Positions 26,340 to 36,288 of a DNA stretch of 64,000 bases are shown one piece after another; positions within the stretch are counted from its first letter, which is position 1; the number at the start of each line of letters is the position of its first letter. This DNA is from a virus. The notes under the pieces were generated by a model. The model saw nothing but the letters and a program-made list of their open reading frames with translations. It was not told where the DNA came from and made no database searches. The position numbers and the translations under genes were made by a program. The stretch covers positions 2,481-66,480 of the IMG/VR virus record IMGVR_UViG_3300049027_000111. One strand, given 5' to 3'.

Positions 26340-27275
26340 ATGAGCGACGGCGCCCCGTCCGACGACGGCTGGATCAAGCTCTGCCGCCGCTGCTCGCGCC
26401 ATCCCGACCTCCGCACCTTCGAGGAGAAGGGCGTCTGGTGCGACCTGCTGATGCTCGCCGCCTCCCGGTCGACGACCACGATGGTGAACGGCGTCGAGGT
26501 CGGCCTCGAGCGCGGCCAGCTCGCGCTCGTGCTCACAAGTTGGGCGGCCGAGCACGGCATCAGCCACCAGCGGTTGCGCGCGATCCTGGCGTACTTTAGC
26601 AAAAAGCAAATGATCGATCTCGCTACGGTGAAGGGAAAAGCAGGAACGATCGTAACCATTTGCAACTACGGCATATATCAGTCGCTCTATCGAGCCGACG
26701 GACATCAGGAACGGCCGCTAAGTGATTCGACGCGGAAAACAATACAAGAAGAAGAATCTGAGTCTTATCCTAACGTTGAGTCTCCTACGTCTAACGTTGA
26801 GCCCTATCCCGTCGTCGTATCGCGCGCGCCCACGCGCGAGGAGACGGCGGCTGGCGCCGCCAACGACGACGGGGGCGGAGCACAGGCGGTCGAGCTCGAT
26901 CGCGAGCGCAAGACCAAGCGGCTGGCCAGCCTGTACGGCTTGCGCGGTGCCCGGCCACCCAGCGCGGCCAGAGGCGATGTCGAAACCTGGGCCTCCGTGA
27001 TCGGCTGGCCACGAACGCGGCAGATCCTGAACTGGGTGTTCGGGCTGGAGAGCGTCGGCGACTACGGGACGCTGATCGATGTCTCCGTGGCCAACGCCAG
27101 CACCAAGGTCGAGGCCGCCAAGCATGCGGCCGTCCAGCCCGTGCTCGACCCGAACCTGGAAGCCCTCAAGCGCGGCCTGTCGCGACCGCGGCATGATCCG
27201 GTCGTGGAGGATGACGATGGCTACGTCGACCCAGCAGATCACTACCTGGCTCACCAAGCTCCGGCTGGTGCATGA
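26340..27275 (+). CDS. Phage replication initiator (O/DnaD-like)
   Basis: N-terminal 'GWIKLCR...ERGQL...TIVTICNYGIYQ' typical of phage initiators. AT-rich linker contains direct repeats. Confidence 0.75.
   Translation: MSDGAPSDDGWIKLCRRCSRHPDLRTFEEKGVWCDLLMLAASRSTTTMVNGVEVGLERGQLALVLTSWAAEHGISHQRLRAILAYFSKKQMIDLATVKGKAGTIVTICNYGIYQSLYRADGHQERPLSDSTRKTIQEEESESYPNVESPTSNVEPYPVVVSRAPTREETAAGAANDDGGGAQAVELDRERKTKRLASLYGLRGARPPSAARGDVETWASVIGWPRTRQILNWVFGLESVGDYGTLIDVSVANASTKVEAAKHAAVQPVLDPNLEALKRGLSRPRHDPVVEDDDGYVDPADHYLAHQAPAGA
26770..26801 (+). repeat. Iteron-like direct repeat CTAACGTTGAG x2 (candidate origin)
   Basis: Copies at 26770 and 26791 (21-bp period) in an AT-rich part of the initiator gene. 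Confidence 0.45.
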
Positions 27276-27807
27276 GCCGCACGCCAAGCGCAGCGTCGAT
27301 GCGATCGACCTGCAGAACAGCATCTACGCCGACGCCCTGCGCAACCTCGATCCCCGCTGGCTCAGCGCCGCCGTCGACTGGTTCGTGCGCGAGGGCGAGA
27401 AATTTCCCAAGCCGATCGAGCTGCGCCGCAAGGCCGAGGAGCTGGAGGTCGAGGCCGACAGGGCCAGGACCCGGCCCCAGGCCGCAGCCGCGATCGGCGA
27501 CCCGGGAGCCGCCCTGCGCAACGAGGTGATCTGCCTCTTGGGCGACTTCGACAACGCTGCCCGCCGGCACTTCGGCGGCGGCATCGACAGCATCGCCGGC
27601 ACCCAGAGCCCCGAGTACCGACAGTTTCTGAACGACGCCGCAGTGCTTTGGTCAGGTCAGCGGCCCCACGACGAGGTCGTGAACGGCCTGCTTACGACCG
27701 GCTACGACATCGCCGTGCGCGGCCGCCGGATGCGCGGCGTGGCCGCGTCCTTGCAGGCCTGGGCCGCCACCCGGCTTCGGCACGACGATCCGGTGAACGG
27801 CGCATGA
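27217..27807 (+). CDS. Putative helicase loader / replication protein
   Basis: Follows the initiator. 'YADALRNL...AAV.......KFPKPIELR'. Confidence 0.55.
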   Translation: MATSTQQITTWLTKLRLVHEPHAKRSVDAIDLQNSIYADALRNLDPRWLSAAVDWFVREGEKFPKPIELRRKAEELEVEADRARTRPQAAAAIGDPGAALRNEVICLLGDFDNAARRHFGGGIDSIAGTQSPEYRQFLNDAAVLWSGQRPHDEVVNGLLTTGYDIAVRGRRMRGVAASLQAWAATRLRHDDPVNGA

Positions 27808-28004
27808 TCGCCAGCTTCGCGGCCACCCTGACCAGCCTGCGGGCGGCGCTCGACGAGGCCGAGCGCAAGGGCTACTGGACCACCGAGGAGCACGATGTCG
27901 CCGCCCTGCTGGTGCGCCGGCTCTACGGCACCGGCCTGGTCCAGCGCTGGCAGTCGCTGCTCCAGGCCACCCCGGCCGGCGAGCCTGCCCGAGAGGAGCC
28001 CTGA
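27804..28004 (+). CDS. Hypothetical protein
   Basis: Coupled at both ends. Confidence 0.5.
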   Translation: MIASFAATLTSLRAALDEAERKGYWTTEEHDVAALLVRRLYGTGLVQRWQSLLQATPAGEPAREEP

Positions 28005-28588
28005 TGCAGTCCACGCACGACCTCGGCAAGGCCTACTCCAAGGGCCGCAAGCTGGCGCGCAAGAAGCTCTCCGTCGCCAGGCGCCAGTCGGCCCTGCGTC
28101 TGCCCCAGGTCAACGGCCACGTCGCCCAGGCGGAGCAGGAGCTCGAGCGCCGCGAGGCCGAGCGTGCCGGACGCCACGAGCATGTGCACATGCTCAACCG
28201 GCTCGCCCGAAGGGACCGGCGCTCGGTCAACGAGCGGCAGCGCGTGGCGGGCATGTGCTACCACGATCTGCACTTGGCCGCGCAGGCCACCGTCGTCAGC
28301 CAGCTCGACCCCGGGCGGCGGGCCGGCAACCCGGGCGACCCGTTCCCGCTGGCGAGGCTCGAGGCCTGCGCCGACGCCGCCCAGCAGCTGCGAGCCGCGC
28401 AGGCGGCCGTAGGAGCCCCGCTGCGAGCCGTGCTCGATCCGGTGGTGCTGGAGGGCAAGGCGCCCCACGCGGTCGCCCTGGCGCGCAGCGCCGCCACCGG
28501 AAGGGCCATCACGCCCAAGCTGGTGCTCGAGCTGCTGCGCACCGGCCTCGACGCCCTGGGCGAGCACTTCGAGCGGGTCAGCCGATGA
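28004..28588 (+). CDS. DUF6456-like putative late transcription regulator
   Basis: C-terminal 'VLDPVVLEG...LELLRTGLDALGEHF', last gene of the replication operon. Confidence 0.6.
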   Translation: MQSTHDLGKAYSKGRKLARKKLSVARRQSALRLPQVNGHVAQAEQELERREAERAGRHEHVHMLNRLARRDRRSVNERQRVAGMCYHDLHLAAQATVVSQLDPGRRAGNPGDPFPLARLEACADAAQQLRAAQAAVGAPLRAVLDPVVLEGKAPHAVALARSAATGRAITPKLVLELLRTGLDALGEHFERVSR

Positions 28589-28820
28589 TCCCGCGGTCGG
28601 CCTCCTCGCGCCCGACGAATTCCGCCACCTCCGCCAGCGACCGGAAGCCCAAGTGCGGCTCGGCGCCCCAGTCCCCCGCGAGGACCCGGCCGACCTGCCA
28701 CTCGAAGGCCCGGCCCGTCCTCGGATCCTCCACGCCATGCCCGGCCTGCGGACGGTCGAGCCAGTAGCCGAGCTTGCGCAGCCGACGCCAGAGCGCCTTG
28801 CGGTCCTTCGTGCCTGTCAT
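28578..28820 (-). CDS. Hypothetical protein
   Basis: GGGGTGAGG RBS, MTGTKDRKALWRRLRK. Confidence 0.5.
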   Translation of the reverse strand: MTGTKDRKALWRRLRKLGYWLDRPQAGHGVEDPRTGRAFEWQVGRVLAGDWGAEPHLGFRSLAEVAEFVGREEADRGIIG

Positions 28821-29006
28821 TGCCTCACCCCAGCTGCCGATGCCGTCGCCAGGCCTGGAGAACGCCCAGCACCCCGCTCGCTGCACCGAGGCTGCGGTCG
28901 ACCGGACCGATAAATAAACCAGAGGCGTATCTGAGGGCAACACCACTCCCTTGCTAGTTTCGTGTCGACACGGCATATTCGGGTCATCGCAACAGGGAGA
29001 CCCGAG

Positions 29007-30835
29007 ATGACCACCGCCACCGACTACACCGCCATCGCCTACAGCCCCAGCTCGCTGGTCCTGTTTCGGCCTGAGAACGCCGAGGCCCGCGAGCACCTCG
29101 AGGAGAACGTCCAGCAGGGCGCCGTCTGGATCCACGGCTGCTTGGTCGTCGAGCCTCGATACCTCCAGGGCCTGATCGAAGGGCTCGAGGGCAACGGCTT
29201 CAGCGTGGGGGTCGCGTGATGTCCGCCTTCATCGTCAGCATCCAGACCATGAACCGCGTCGTGCAGGCCATCATGCACACCTGCCCCCACTTCGACGGCG
29301 AGCCGACCCGGCCGCCAGCCGTGCGCCTGCAGGACGTCGGCACCCATCTCGGCATCAAGCTCTACCGCCTCAACGCCGAGGCCGTGCGGCAGCGCTACGA
29401 CCAGAGCGAGCCGGTGCCGCTGTTCCGCTCGACGCAGGTCGAGGCACCGCGGACCCGGAAGGAATGGATCGCCTGCTTCAAGGCGCTGCAGTGCCTGAGC
29501 TACCAGTGCTCGGAGGGTGATGTGCCCGACACGCCGCTCTACCGGGAGCTCGAGACCGTCCGCTACGGGCTCGCCGCCAGGATCATCGCCGACCTGCCCG
29601 AGTACCAAGCCGCGAAGTGGGACGAGTGATGACCCGCCAGGAGATTGAGACCGCCGTCTTCAACTACCTCGACGGCCAGGACGTCGGCAACGTCGAGCTC
29701 GACCTCGAGGATTTCATGATGAACGTCATCGAGGGCGCGGACGAAGGCGAGTGGGACCTCGACGAGATCGCCGATGAGGCGAGGGAGATCCTCACGGAGA
29801 TCAAGATACGGCAGGAGGCCAGCTGATGCCTCCCCTGCCCAAGCCCGGCACCAAGTGCCGCCTTGCCTTCGACCTCATGCGCCAGCCCGGCGGCGCCACC
29901 AACAAGGAGATCTGCGACGTCACCCAGATCTACGGTTCCTGGGCCGCCGAGGGCCGCGACTGGGCCGAGCGCTACGGCCTGCGCTTCGCCAGCAAGGCGG
30001 AGCCCGGCGCCAACGGCCGCACCCTGGCGCGGTATCGGCTGATCGGCACGCTGTCGGGAGAGGACGCCTGATGCCCCGCCCCCGCCTGGGCACCGAGGCC
30101 CTGACCAACGCGCAGAGGCAGAAACGCAAGCGCTCGCGCCGTGCGGCCGAGACCACGACCCTGCGCCTGCTGCTCAGGGAGGCGACCAGGAGCCTGCGCC
30201 TGCACGCCGGCCGACACTACCACGACCATCAGGTCTGCATGCTCTGCGGCGCGTTCGACGAGCACACGCCGCAGTGCCTGATCTACCGCGCCGAGAGAGC
30301 GCTCGAGCAGCTGGAGGCATCGCCATGACCACGCCGAAGAAGAACCCCTACGAGCTCGTGTTCTGGGGCGGCTCCGACGGCCTGCGCTACCGGCGCTGGC
30401 ACAAGAGCCTCGAGGAGGCCAGAGCCACCGCCTGGCGCGTGCTCGCGGCCATGAGCAACCGCGGCGCCCACCCCGCGATCATCCACGGACCAGGGCTCGG
30501 CAAGGACGGCATCTCGATCTTCTGAGACGGGCGCCCTTCCCACCACACCCAAGGGAGCAACGATCATGATCACCATCGCCGTCGGCATCGTTCTCGCCGT
30601 CCTGTTCCTGTGCGCCCTGCCGTTCCTGATCCTCGGCTTCCTGGCGTTCGGCTGGATCGCCCTGCTGGGGTATGGCCTGGTCCTGCTGGCCGACGCCTAT
30701 CAAGCCTCGAGCGGCGCTCCTGAGCTCGTGCTCCCGCTCGCCATCCTGGCCGCCAGCGCCCTCTGGTGCTGGATCGCCATGTCGGCGTGGGACGACTACC
30801 ACGCCTTCCAGCGCCGGTACGGAGGGCGGTCATGA
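29007..30835 (+). CDS. Operon of seven small accessory genes (29007-29219, 29216-29629, 29629-29826, 29826-30071, 30071-30328, 30325-30525, 30566-30835)
   Basis: Mostly overlapping start/stop codons with RBSs. One has 'LQCLSYQCSEG', one is very acidic, the last is a membrane protein. Confidence 0.6.
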
Positions 30836-30842
30836 GCGACCT

Positions 30843-30869
30843 CGGCGGCACCCCCGCCGGGCCTTTTTC
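30843..30869 (+). terminator. Probable intrinsic terminator
   Basis: CGGCGG...CCGCCG hairpin then T5, after the accessory operon. Confidence 0.5.
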
Positions 30870-31036
30870 ACGCCCAAGGTGAAGAAAACACTTGCGCACC
30901 TGGGACCGCGTGATCTAGGTCGCCATTGAGGGTCACAAACTGTGACCCTAGGTAGCTTTCCCAGTTTGATGCCTCCCTGATCATTGCGTGCGGCTCGGTG
31001 CAAACCGGGCCGTTTCTTTGCGCGCGGAGTAGAAGC

Positions 31037-31489
31037 ATGACAGAGCAAGTCAAGCGACCGCGTGGTAGACCGCTGACATACGACAAGGAAACAGCGCACG
31101 CGATCTGCGTAAGACTAGCGCGTGGTGAAACCTTGCGAGGTATTTGCCGAGACGAGGAATTCCCGCCAGAGAGCACCGTGAGGGCTTGGGCGCTTGAGGA
31201 TATAGATGGTTTTGGTGCGCGTTACGCGTACTCTCGGCAGATGGGCCTCGACACGATGGCCGAGCAGCTGCTCGAGATCGCCGACGATGGCACCAACGAC
31301 TTCGTCGCCGACAAGCACGGCGGCACCACGCTCAACATGGAGCACATCAACAGGTCGAGGCTGAGGGTCGACACCCGCAAGTGGTACCTCAGCAAGCTCG
31401 CACCCAAACGCTACGGCGAGAAGGTCGACGTCAACGTCGGCGGGCAGAGCGAGAACCCCGTGCAGACGGTGATCAAGTGGGAGAAGTGA
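31037..31489 (+). CDS. terS: Terminase small subunit
   Basis: 'GRPLTY...ICVRLARGETLRGIC...P..STVRAW', 'RSRLRVDTRKWYLSKLAPKRYG' (Sf6 gp1-like). Confidence 0.9.
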   Translation: MTEQVKRPRGRPLTYDKETAHAICVRLARGETLRGICRDEEFPPESTVRAWALEDIDGFGARYAYSRQMGLDTMAEQLLEIADDGTNDFVADKHGGTTLNMEHINRSRLRVDTRKWYLSKLAPKRYGEKVDVNVGGQSENPVQTVIKWEK

Positions 31490-32778
31490 TCGCGGCGCTC
31501 GACGCGCTGCCCCACGGCACCCGCCAGATCACCATCCCCTACAAGCCACGAGACGCGTTCAAGGCCTTCCATGAGCGGCAGGAACGCTGGGCCGTCCTGG
31601 TCTGCCATAGACGTGCTGGGAAGACCGTCGGCGCCGTCAACGACCTCATCCGCTCCGTGTTCACCTGCACCCTGCCGCGGCCTCGAGCCTGGTACCTGGC
31701 GCCCACCTACGGGCAGGCCAAGCGCGCCTCCTGGGACTACGCCAAGCACTACAGCTCGGCCATCCCCGGCGTGAGGTTCAACGAGACCGAGCTCAGGGTC
31801 GACTACCCCGGCGGTGGCCGGCTCCAGCTCCTGGGCGCCGAGGCCGCCGAGCAGCTGCGCGGCATCTACGCCGACGCGGTCGTGCTCGACGAGTTCGCCT
31901 ACATGGCCTCGAGCGTCTGGACCCAGGTCATGCGGCCGGCGCTCTCCGACCGCCAGGGCCGGGCGACGTTCATCTCGTCGGTCAACGGCCGGAATGAGTT
32001 CTGGAAGCTCTACAGCGACGCTCAGGACGATCCTGAGTGGTACTCGATGGACCTCAAGGCCGATGCCTCGGGGATCCTGCCCGAGAAGGAGCTCGCGGCG
32101 CTGCGCAAGCAGATGTCCGATGAGGACTACAGGCAGGAGTACCTCAACGACTGGGATGTCGCGACCAAAGGCTCGTACTACGGCGCCCTGATCGCCCAGG
32201 CCGAGATCGAGGGCCGGGTGTGCGGCGTGCCCTACGATGGAGCCCTGCCGGTGCACACCAGCTGGGACCTGGGCATCTCCGACAAGACAGCCGTGTGGTG
32301 CATCCAGGAGGTCGGCCGGGAGCTGCACCTGATCGACTACCTCGAGGACACCGGCAAGCCGCTGAGCCACTACGCCGCCGCGCTCAAGAACAAGGGCTAC
32401 GCCTGGGGCACGCACTACCTGCCGCACGACGGCGCGGCACGGGAGCTGGGCACCGGCAGGAGCCGGCAAGAGGTGCTGGCGAACCTCGGCTTCACCTGCA
32501 GGATCGCGCCACGGCTCGATGTCGAGGATGGGATCAACGCGGTGCGGACCCTGTTCTCGCGTCTCTGGGTCGACCGGACTCGTGCGCGCGAGGGCCTCGA
32601 CCATCTCCGCCTCTACCGGGCGACCTACGACGAGAAGCGCAAGATCCTGAGCCAGCGGCCCTTGCACGACGAGCACAGCCACGCGGCCGATGCCCTGCGC
32701 ACCTTCGCCATCGCCCATCGCTCGAGCACGGCACGCTCGGCGCGGCGCGATCGGCGCGAGATGGCGTGGATCGTGTGA
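31486..32778 (+). CDS. terL: Terminase large subunit
   Basis: 'HRRAGKT', 'YLAPTYGQAK', 'LRG...VVLDEFA', nuclease 'SWDLG.SD', 'HSHAADA'. Confidence 0.95.
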   Translation: MIAALDALPHGTRQITIPYKPRDAFKAFHERQERWAVLVCHRRAGKTVGAVNDLIRSVFTCTLPRPRAWYLAPTYGQAKRASWDYAKHYSSAIPGVRFNETELRVDYPGGGRLQLLGAEAAEQLRGIYADAVVLDEFAYMASSVWTQVMRPALSDRQGRATFISSVNGRNEFWKLYSDAQDDPEWYSMDLKADASGILPEKELAALRKQMSDEDYRQEYLNDWDVATKGSYYGALIAQAEIEGRVCGVPYDGALPVHTSWDLGISDKTAVWCIQEVGRELHLIDYLEDTGKPLSHYAAALKNKGYAWGTHYLPHDGAARELGTGRSRQEVLANLGFTCRIAPRLDVEDGINAVRTLFSRLWVDRTRAREGLDHLRLYRATYDEKRKILSQRPLHDEHSHAADALRTFAIAHRSSTARSARRDRREMAWIV

Positions 32779-33209
32779 TGCTGCACTACCACGGCAGGAA
32801 CCGCGCGCCTCGATCCCGCATGGATGCTGGGTTTCTAGCCCAACCTCAGGTCTTGGGTAAGCACACGGTCATCCTGAGGCCAGGATATCCCCATCCCAGG
32901 TAGATGAGATGGCATGGGTTATACCTACCTCAGATGTACACGTCACAACTCTATACGTTCGTTAACGCATGTGATGGTCATCGCTTGCCATGACATGCGC
33001 TCGCCTTCATAGGGTGGGCGGGGCTGGACCGCTGGTGAACGGCTGCGGTCCAGCCCTGCAGTTGGCATGGGGTGCGGGCGGTGGCTGGCGGGCTGCCGCC
33101 CGCTGCCGTCTGGGGCCTGGCCCGGCGGCCCGGCCGCCCGGCCGCTTCGGCGCCGGAGTCCCGTTGCGTCGGCCCTATGCGGCCGTGAGAGATGATCCTC
33201 CTTGCTTCC

Positions 33210-33292
33210 GCGGGTCCCTCCACGGCGACCGACGGGTACCCGCGATCCGGACGGCGGGTCCCTCCAGCACCTGGAGCGGGTACCCCCGATCC
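33210..33292 (+). repeat. Two 39-bp imperfect direct repeats (44-bp period)
   Basis: GCGGGTCCCTCCA-N10-CGGGTACCC-(G/C)CGATCC at 33210 and 33254. Confidence 0.75.
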
Positions 33293-33319
33293 TAGCGGCC
33301 CCGTCCTGGAGGTCCCGCG

Positions 33320-33526
33320 ATGCCCGCGCCTGCCCTGCGTCTGGTCCCGTGGTCTCCGCCGCCTGCGAGGCCTCCTGAGCGCCCTCTCGCGCGTGCCCGC
33401 CCCCGGGAGCCTACCGCGCTCGACTGGCTGCTGGTGGGCCCCCTGGTGGCCCTGGGCGGCGCTCTGGCGGTGGGCTGGCTGGTGTGGGCTCTCACCGTCG
33501 AGGCTGGTCGGGGCGGCTGGCGCTGA
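33320..33526 (+). CDS. Small single-TM membrane protein
   Basis: GGAGG RBS. 'PTALDWLLVGPLVALGGALAVGWLVWAL', paralog of 7978-8115. Confidence 0.6.
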   Translation: MPAPALRLVPWSPPPARPPERPLARARPREPTALDWLLVGPLVALGGALAVGWLVWALTVEAGRGGWR

Positions 33527-33876
33527 TGTGGCGTTACCGCGCCTCGCTGGTCCGCGTGATCGACGGCGACTCTCTTGTGATCGACGTGGACGCGGGCTTC
33601 TACGTGACGATCCGCCAGCACGTTCGTCTGGCGGGGATCGACACGCCGGAGCTGAACGCCAGGGATCCGACGGCGCGGGCTCTGGCGCAGCAGGCTCGGG
33701 CGCGTCTGACCGAGCTGCTGCCGACGGAGTTCACGGTGCGGACCTACAAGACGCGTCTCGCCGACAAGTACGGGCGTTTCCTGGCCGACATCGAGCTCGC
33801 CGACGGTCGGCTGGTGTCGGACGTGCTGTTGTCGGAGGGCTTGGGCAAGCCGTACGCTGGCGGGGCGCGTGGCTGA
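33526..33876 (+). CDS. Thermonuclease (SNase-like)
   Basis: 'RVIDGDS', 'VRLAGIDTPE', 'DKYGRFLA'. Confidence 0.9.
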   Translation: MWRYRASLVRVIDGDSLVIDVDAGFYVTIRQHVRLAGIDTPELNARDPTARALAQQARARLTELLPTEFTVRTYKTRLADKYGRFLADIELADGRLVSDVLLSEGLGKPYAGGARG

Positions 33877-33926
33877 CGTCAGGGCGTCATGATCTCCCGA
33901 CGTCGTGGTGTCATGCTGTCATGCCA

Positions 33927-34502
33927 TCACGGTGTCCTCGTCGGCTTGAACGGGTTCGGCTCCTCGTCGATCCAGGGCGGCAGCTCTTCCTGGTCCGCGT
34001 TGTTGGCGATGGCGCTGGCGGCGGTCTCCAGCGTGATGGAGACAGTTTTGGGTCCGCCGTGGGTAGTGTTCATCCTGGCCCAGGCGCGCAGGAAGGTGGC
34101 GATCCGGCGGCGTTCGTCGGCGACGGCTCTTTGGAGCTCTTCCTCGCTCACGGTCTGCTCCTTTGGCGCTGATCAGGGCGGATCTTCGTCCCGTTCCACG
34201 ACGACATGGTAGTCCTCCTCTTCCCGGGCCCGCCGGCAGGCGAGGTTCTCGATCCGCTCGCACAGGCCGATGAAGGCTTCGGCGACGGCGTTGTCGATGC
34301 GCCGGGCAGCCTCGTCGGGGGGTGTGTCGTCCGGGATGCGGTCGGCGGCGGTGTCGACGTAGCGTCGGGCGGCTTCCACCTCCTTGAGCAGGTCGTGTTC
34401 CAGGGGCTGGAGGGCGATCTCGACGGCGACCCAGCGCGTGCCTTTGGATCCGGCGAGGGCGAAGCCGGTGGTGAGGGTGACGGTGTCGGGGTTGTCGCTC
34501 AC
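33927..34502 (-). CDS. Two small hypothetical genes (33927-34151, 34173-34502) with identical RBS/start regions
   Basis: Both begin CCAAAGGAGCAGACCGTGAGCGA. Confidence 0.6.
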
Positions 34503-34627
34503 GGTCTGCTCCTTTGGGACGGCCTGCGGGCTGGTCGCTTCCGAAGGAATATTGCAGGGTCGCTTGTAATCCTTCTGTCTCCTGATCGGGCGTAGGGTGC
34601 GCGCCGTGGCATCAGGGATGGCAGACG

Positions 34628-34957
34628 ATGATATGCGGTGTTCGGCTGTACCGGGACGGCGCGCCGTTCGTGTTCGCGGCGAATCGGATCAGCACGTTGT
34701 TCCTGCCCCATCTCCAGCGGATGGAAGGTTTCCGTGGCGTGCTTCTGGTGCGCTTCGGCGACGATGGTGGCGCTGGCGGGTTGGGGGTGATCGCGTTCGA
34801 CACGCCTGAGCAGCTGGAGGCGGCGAACCTGGCGGCGGCGTCGTGGGCGGAGCATCATCTCAGCGACCTGGTCGGTTCCCTGCAGCCGTCGGAGCTGTTC
34901 CCGGCGGAGGTGCTGATGGCGGCGGGGACGCTGGCGCCGCCCGGCCCGGGCGAGTGA
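34628..34957 (+). CDS. Hypothetical protein, possible ABM-like ferredoxin fold
   Basis: 'LPHLQRMEGFRG...GLGVIAFDT...AAN..AASW'. Confidence 0.5.
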   Translation: MICGVRLYRDGAPFVFAANRISTLFLPHLQRMEGFRGVLLVRFGDDGGAGGLGVIAFDTPEQLEAANLAAASWAEHHLSDLVGSLQPSELFPAEVLMAAGTLAPPGPGE

Positions 34958-35826
34958 GCTTGGGGCGAGCGACGCCTGTTGGTGGGCGGGAGGCCGCGGT
35001 GGCGTTGTCCGATGGCGTGGGCGTGGACGAGGTGCTGCGGCGACTGGAGCCGCAGGTTTGGCGGGGCTGGCGCTACTGGGGCGGCGCGCGGCCGGAGCCT
35101 TTGACGGCGGCCTCGCCGTTGTGGGACCTGCGATATTTAGGTGTCGGCTACCGGGTGCTGAAGCGGGCCGGCTTTCACCGGCTTGGCCAGCTGTGCGCGG
35201 TGTCGGAGCGTCAGCTTCTGTCGCTGAAGGGCTTTGGCGGCGTGGGGCTGCTGGAGCTCAAGGAGGCGTTGGCCTGGCACGGCTTCGCGTTGTCGGCCAC
35301 GGACGGCCCGATGCCTTCGGCGGAGGAGCGGGTAGGGTTGGCGACGCCGCTGGGGTGGTTCGACGATGTCGATGCGGCCTCGGTGGCGCAGCTGCGCCAG
35401 GCCGGCTGCGTGACGGTGGGTGATTTTCTCGCCCGGACGACGAGCAGCTTGCTGGGCACGGGCGTGGTGGAGCCGCGGTCGATCAACGACGTCGATGGCA
35501 CCTTGGGCCTGCACTACGGCCTGCACCGGGTGACGGAGCGGCGGGTTCCGCGAGTTCTGCCGCGGCCGCGGCCGCCTTTGAACCAGGCGGCGTTGGCGCG
35601 TGCGGCGCAGGCGTGGCGGTCGAGCAACGGGCATGAGCCGGACCTGCGGGCGCTGGAGGCGGCGATCCGGGCGTTCGCGAGCAGCAGCGGCGGCAGGGAG
35701 TGCATCGGTCCGGACGAGCGGCGTTACCGAAGCCTGACGGTGGCGGCGCGGTCGGCGGGTGTGGAGCCATCGACGATGCATCGCTGGGTGACGCGTCGCC
35801 TTCACGGCTGGCGCCCGGCCCCCTGA
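34954..35826 (+). CDS. Protein with RNA polymerase alpha-CTD-like domain(s) and C-terminal HTH
   Basis: 'YRVLKRAGFHRLGQL...SERQLLSLKGFG..GLLELKEAL...GFAL', with a second degenerate copy 'AQLRQAGCVTVGDFL'. Confidence 0.7.
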   Translation: MSLGRATPVGGREAAVALSDGVGVDEVLRRLEPQVWRGWRYWGGARPEPLTAASPLWDLRYLGVGYRVLKRAGFHRLGQLCAVSERQLLSLKGFGGVGLLELKEALAWHGFALSATDGPMPSAEERVGLATPLGWFDDVDAASVAQLRQAGCVTVGDFLARTTSSLLGTGVVEPRSINDVDGTLGLHYGLHRVTERRVPRVLPRPRPPLNQAALARAAQAWRSSNGHEPDLRALEAAIRAFASSSGGRECIGPDERRYRSLTVAARSAGVEPSTMHRWVTRRLHGWRPAP

Positions 35827-35910
35827 GCTTTCGGCTTTGGAGTCCCGTTGCGTCGCCCCTGGCGGGCTGGCGCGGGTGTTCTCGTGTCCCTCCTTCAGGA
35901 GCTCCCGACG

Positions 35911-36288
35911 ATGTCCCAAGAGGACTACAAGCGCAGGTTCACCTCCAGCGCCAACTTCCGCACCGGGACGTTGGGTGCGGCGTTGACCACGGTTCTGGCG
36001 AACGTGCCGCCGTCTGAGGTGGTCAAGACCGCGATCTACACCATCGCCGCCACGGACCACCTGCGGGAGATCATCGTCACGGCGGCGGTGACCATCACGG
36101 TGCCGGCGCACACGGTTCTTGGGGTGGGTTTCCAGTGCTGGGTGCTGGCGGACGGCAACACGGTGGTTCTGGACGGTCCTGGCGGCACCAACCTGAGCCT
36201 GAGCTCGGGCGACATCGCGCAGATCCGGGTGCTGAACAGCAAGGTCCGGGCCTGGAAGAACGCCACGACGGATCTGACGACGGCATGA
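35911..36288 (+). CDS. Small structural-type protein
   Basis: CAGGAG RBS. Beta-rich 'AAVTITVPA..LGVGF' resembles fibre-tip domains. Confidence 0.5.
   Translation: MSQEDYKRRFTSSANFRTGTLGAALTTVLANVPPSEVVKTAIYTIAATDHLREIIVTAAVTITVPAHTVLGVGFQCWVLADGNTVVLDGPGGTNLSLSSGDIAQIRVLNSKVRAWKNATTDLTTA

Noticed and set aside
26770-26801. Similarity of the iteron-like AACGTTGAG to the array tail GACGTTGAG
   Set aside because: Only 8 nt are shared, with no purine tract or pentamer register, so it is probably coincidental.
31466-31489. Possible self/relative target: unit at 15367 (ac gt at cg tg aa aa tg) versus the terS 3' end ACG GTG ATC AAG TGG GAG AAG TGA read as NNx
   Set aside because: Only 13 of 16 positions match, and the three tail-proximal dinucleotides do not. 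With 12 units and both strands of 64 kb this can arise by chance. It is worth retesting against terS genes of related phages. No convincing self-target was found by eye.
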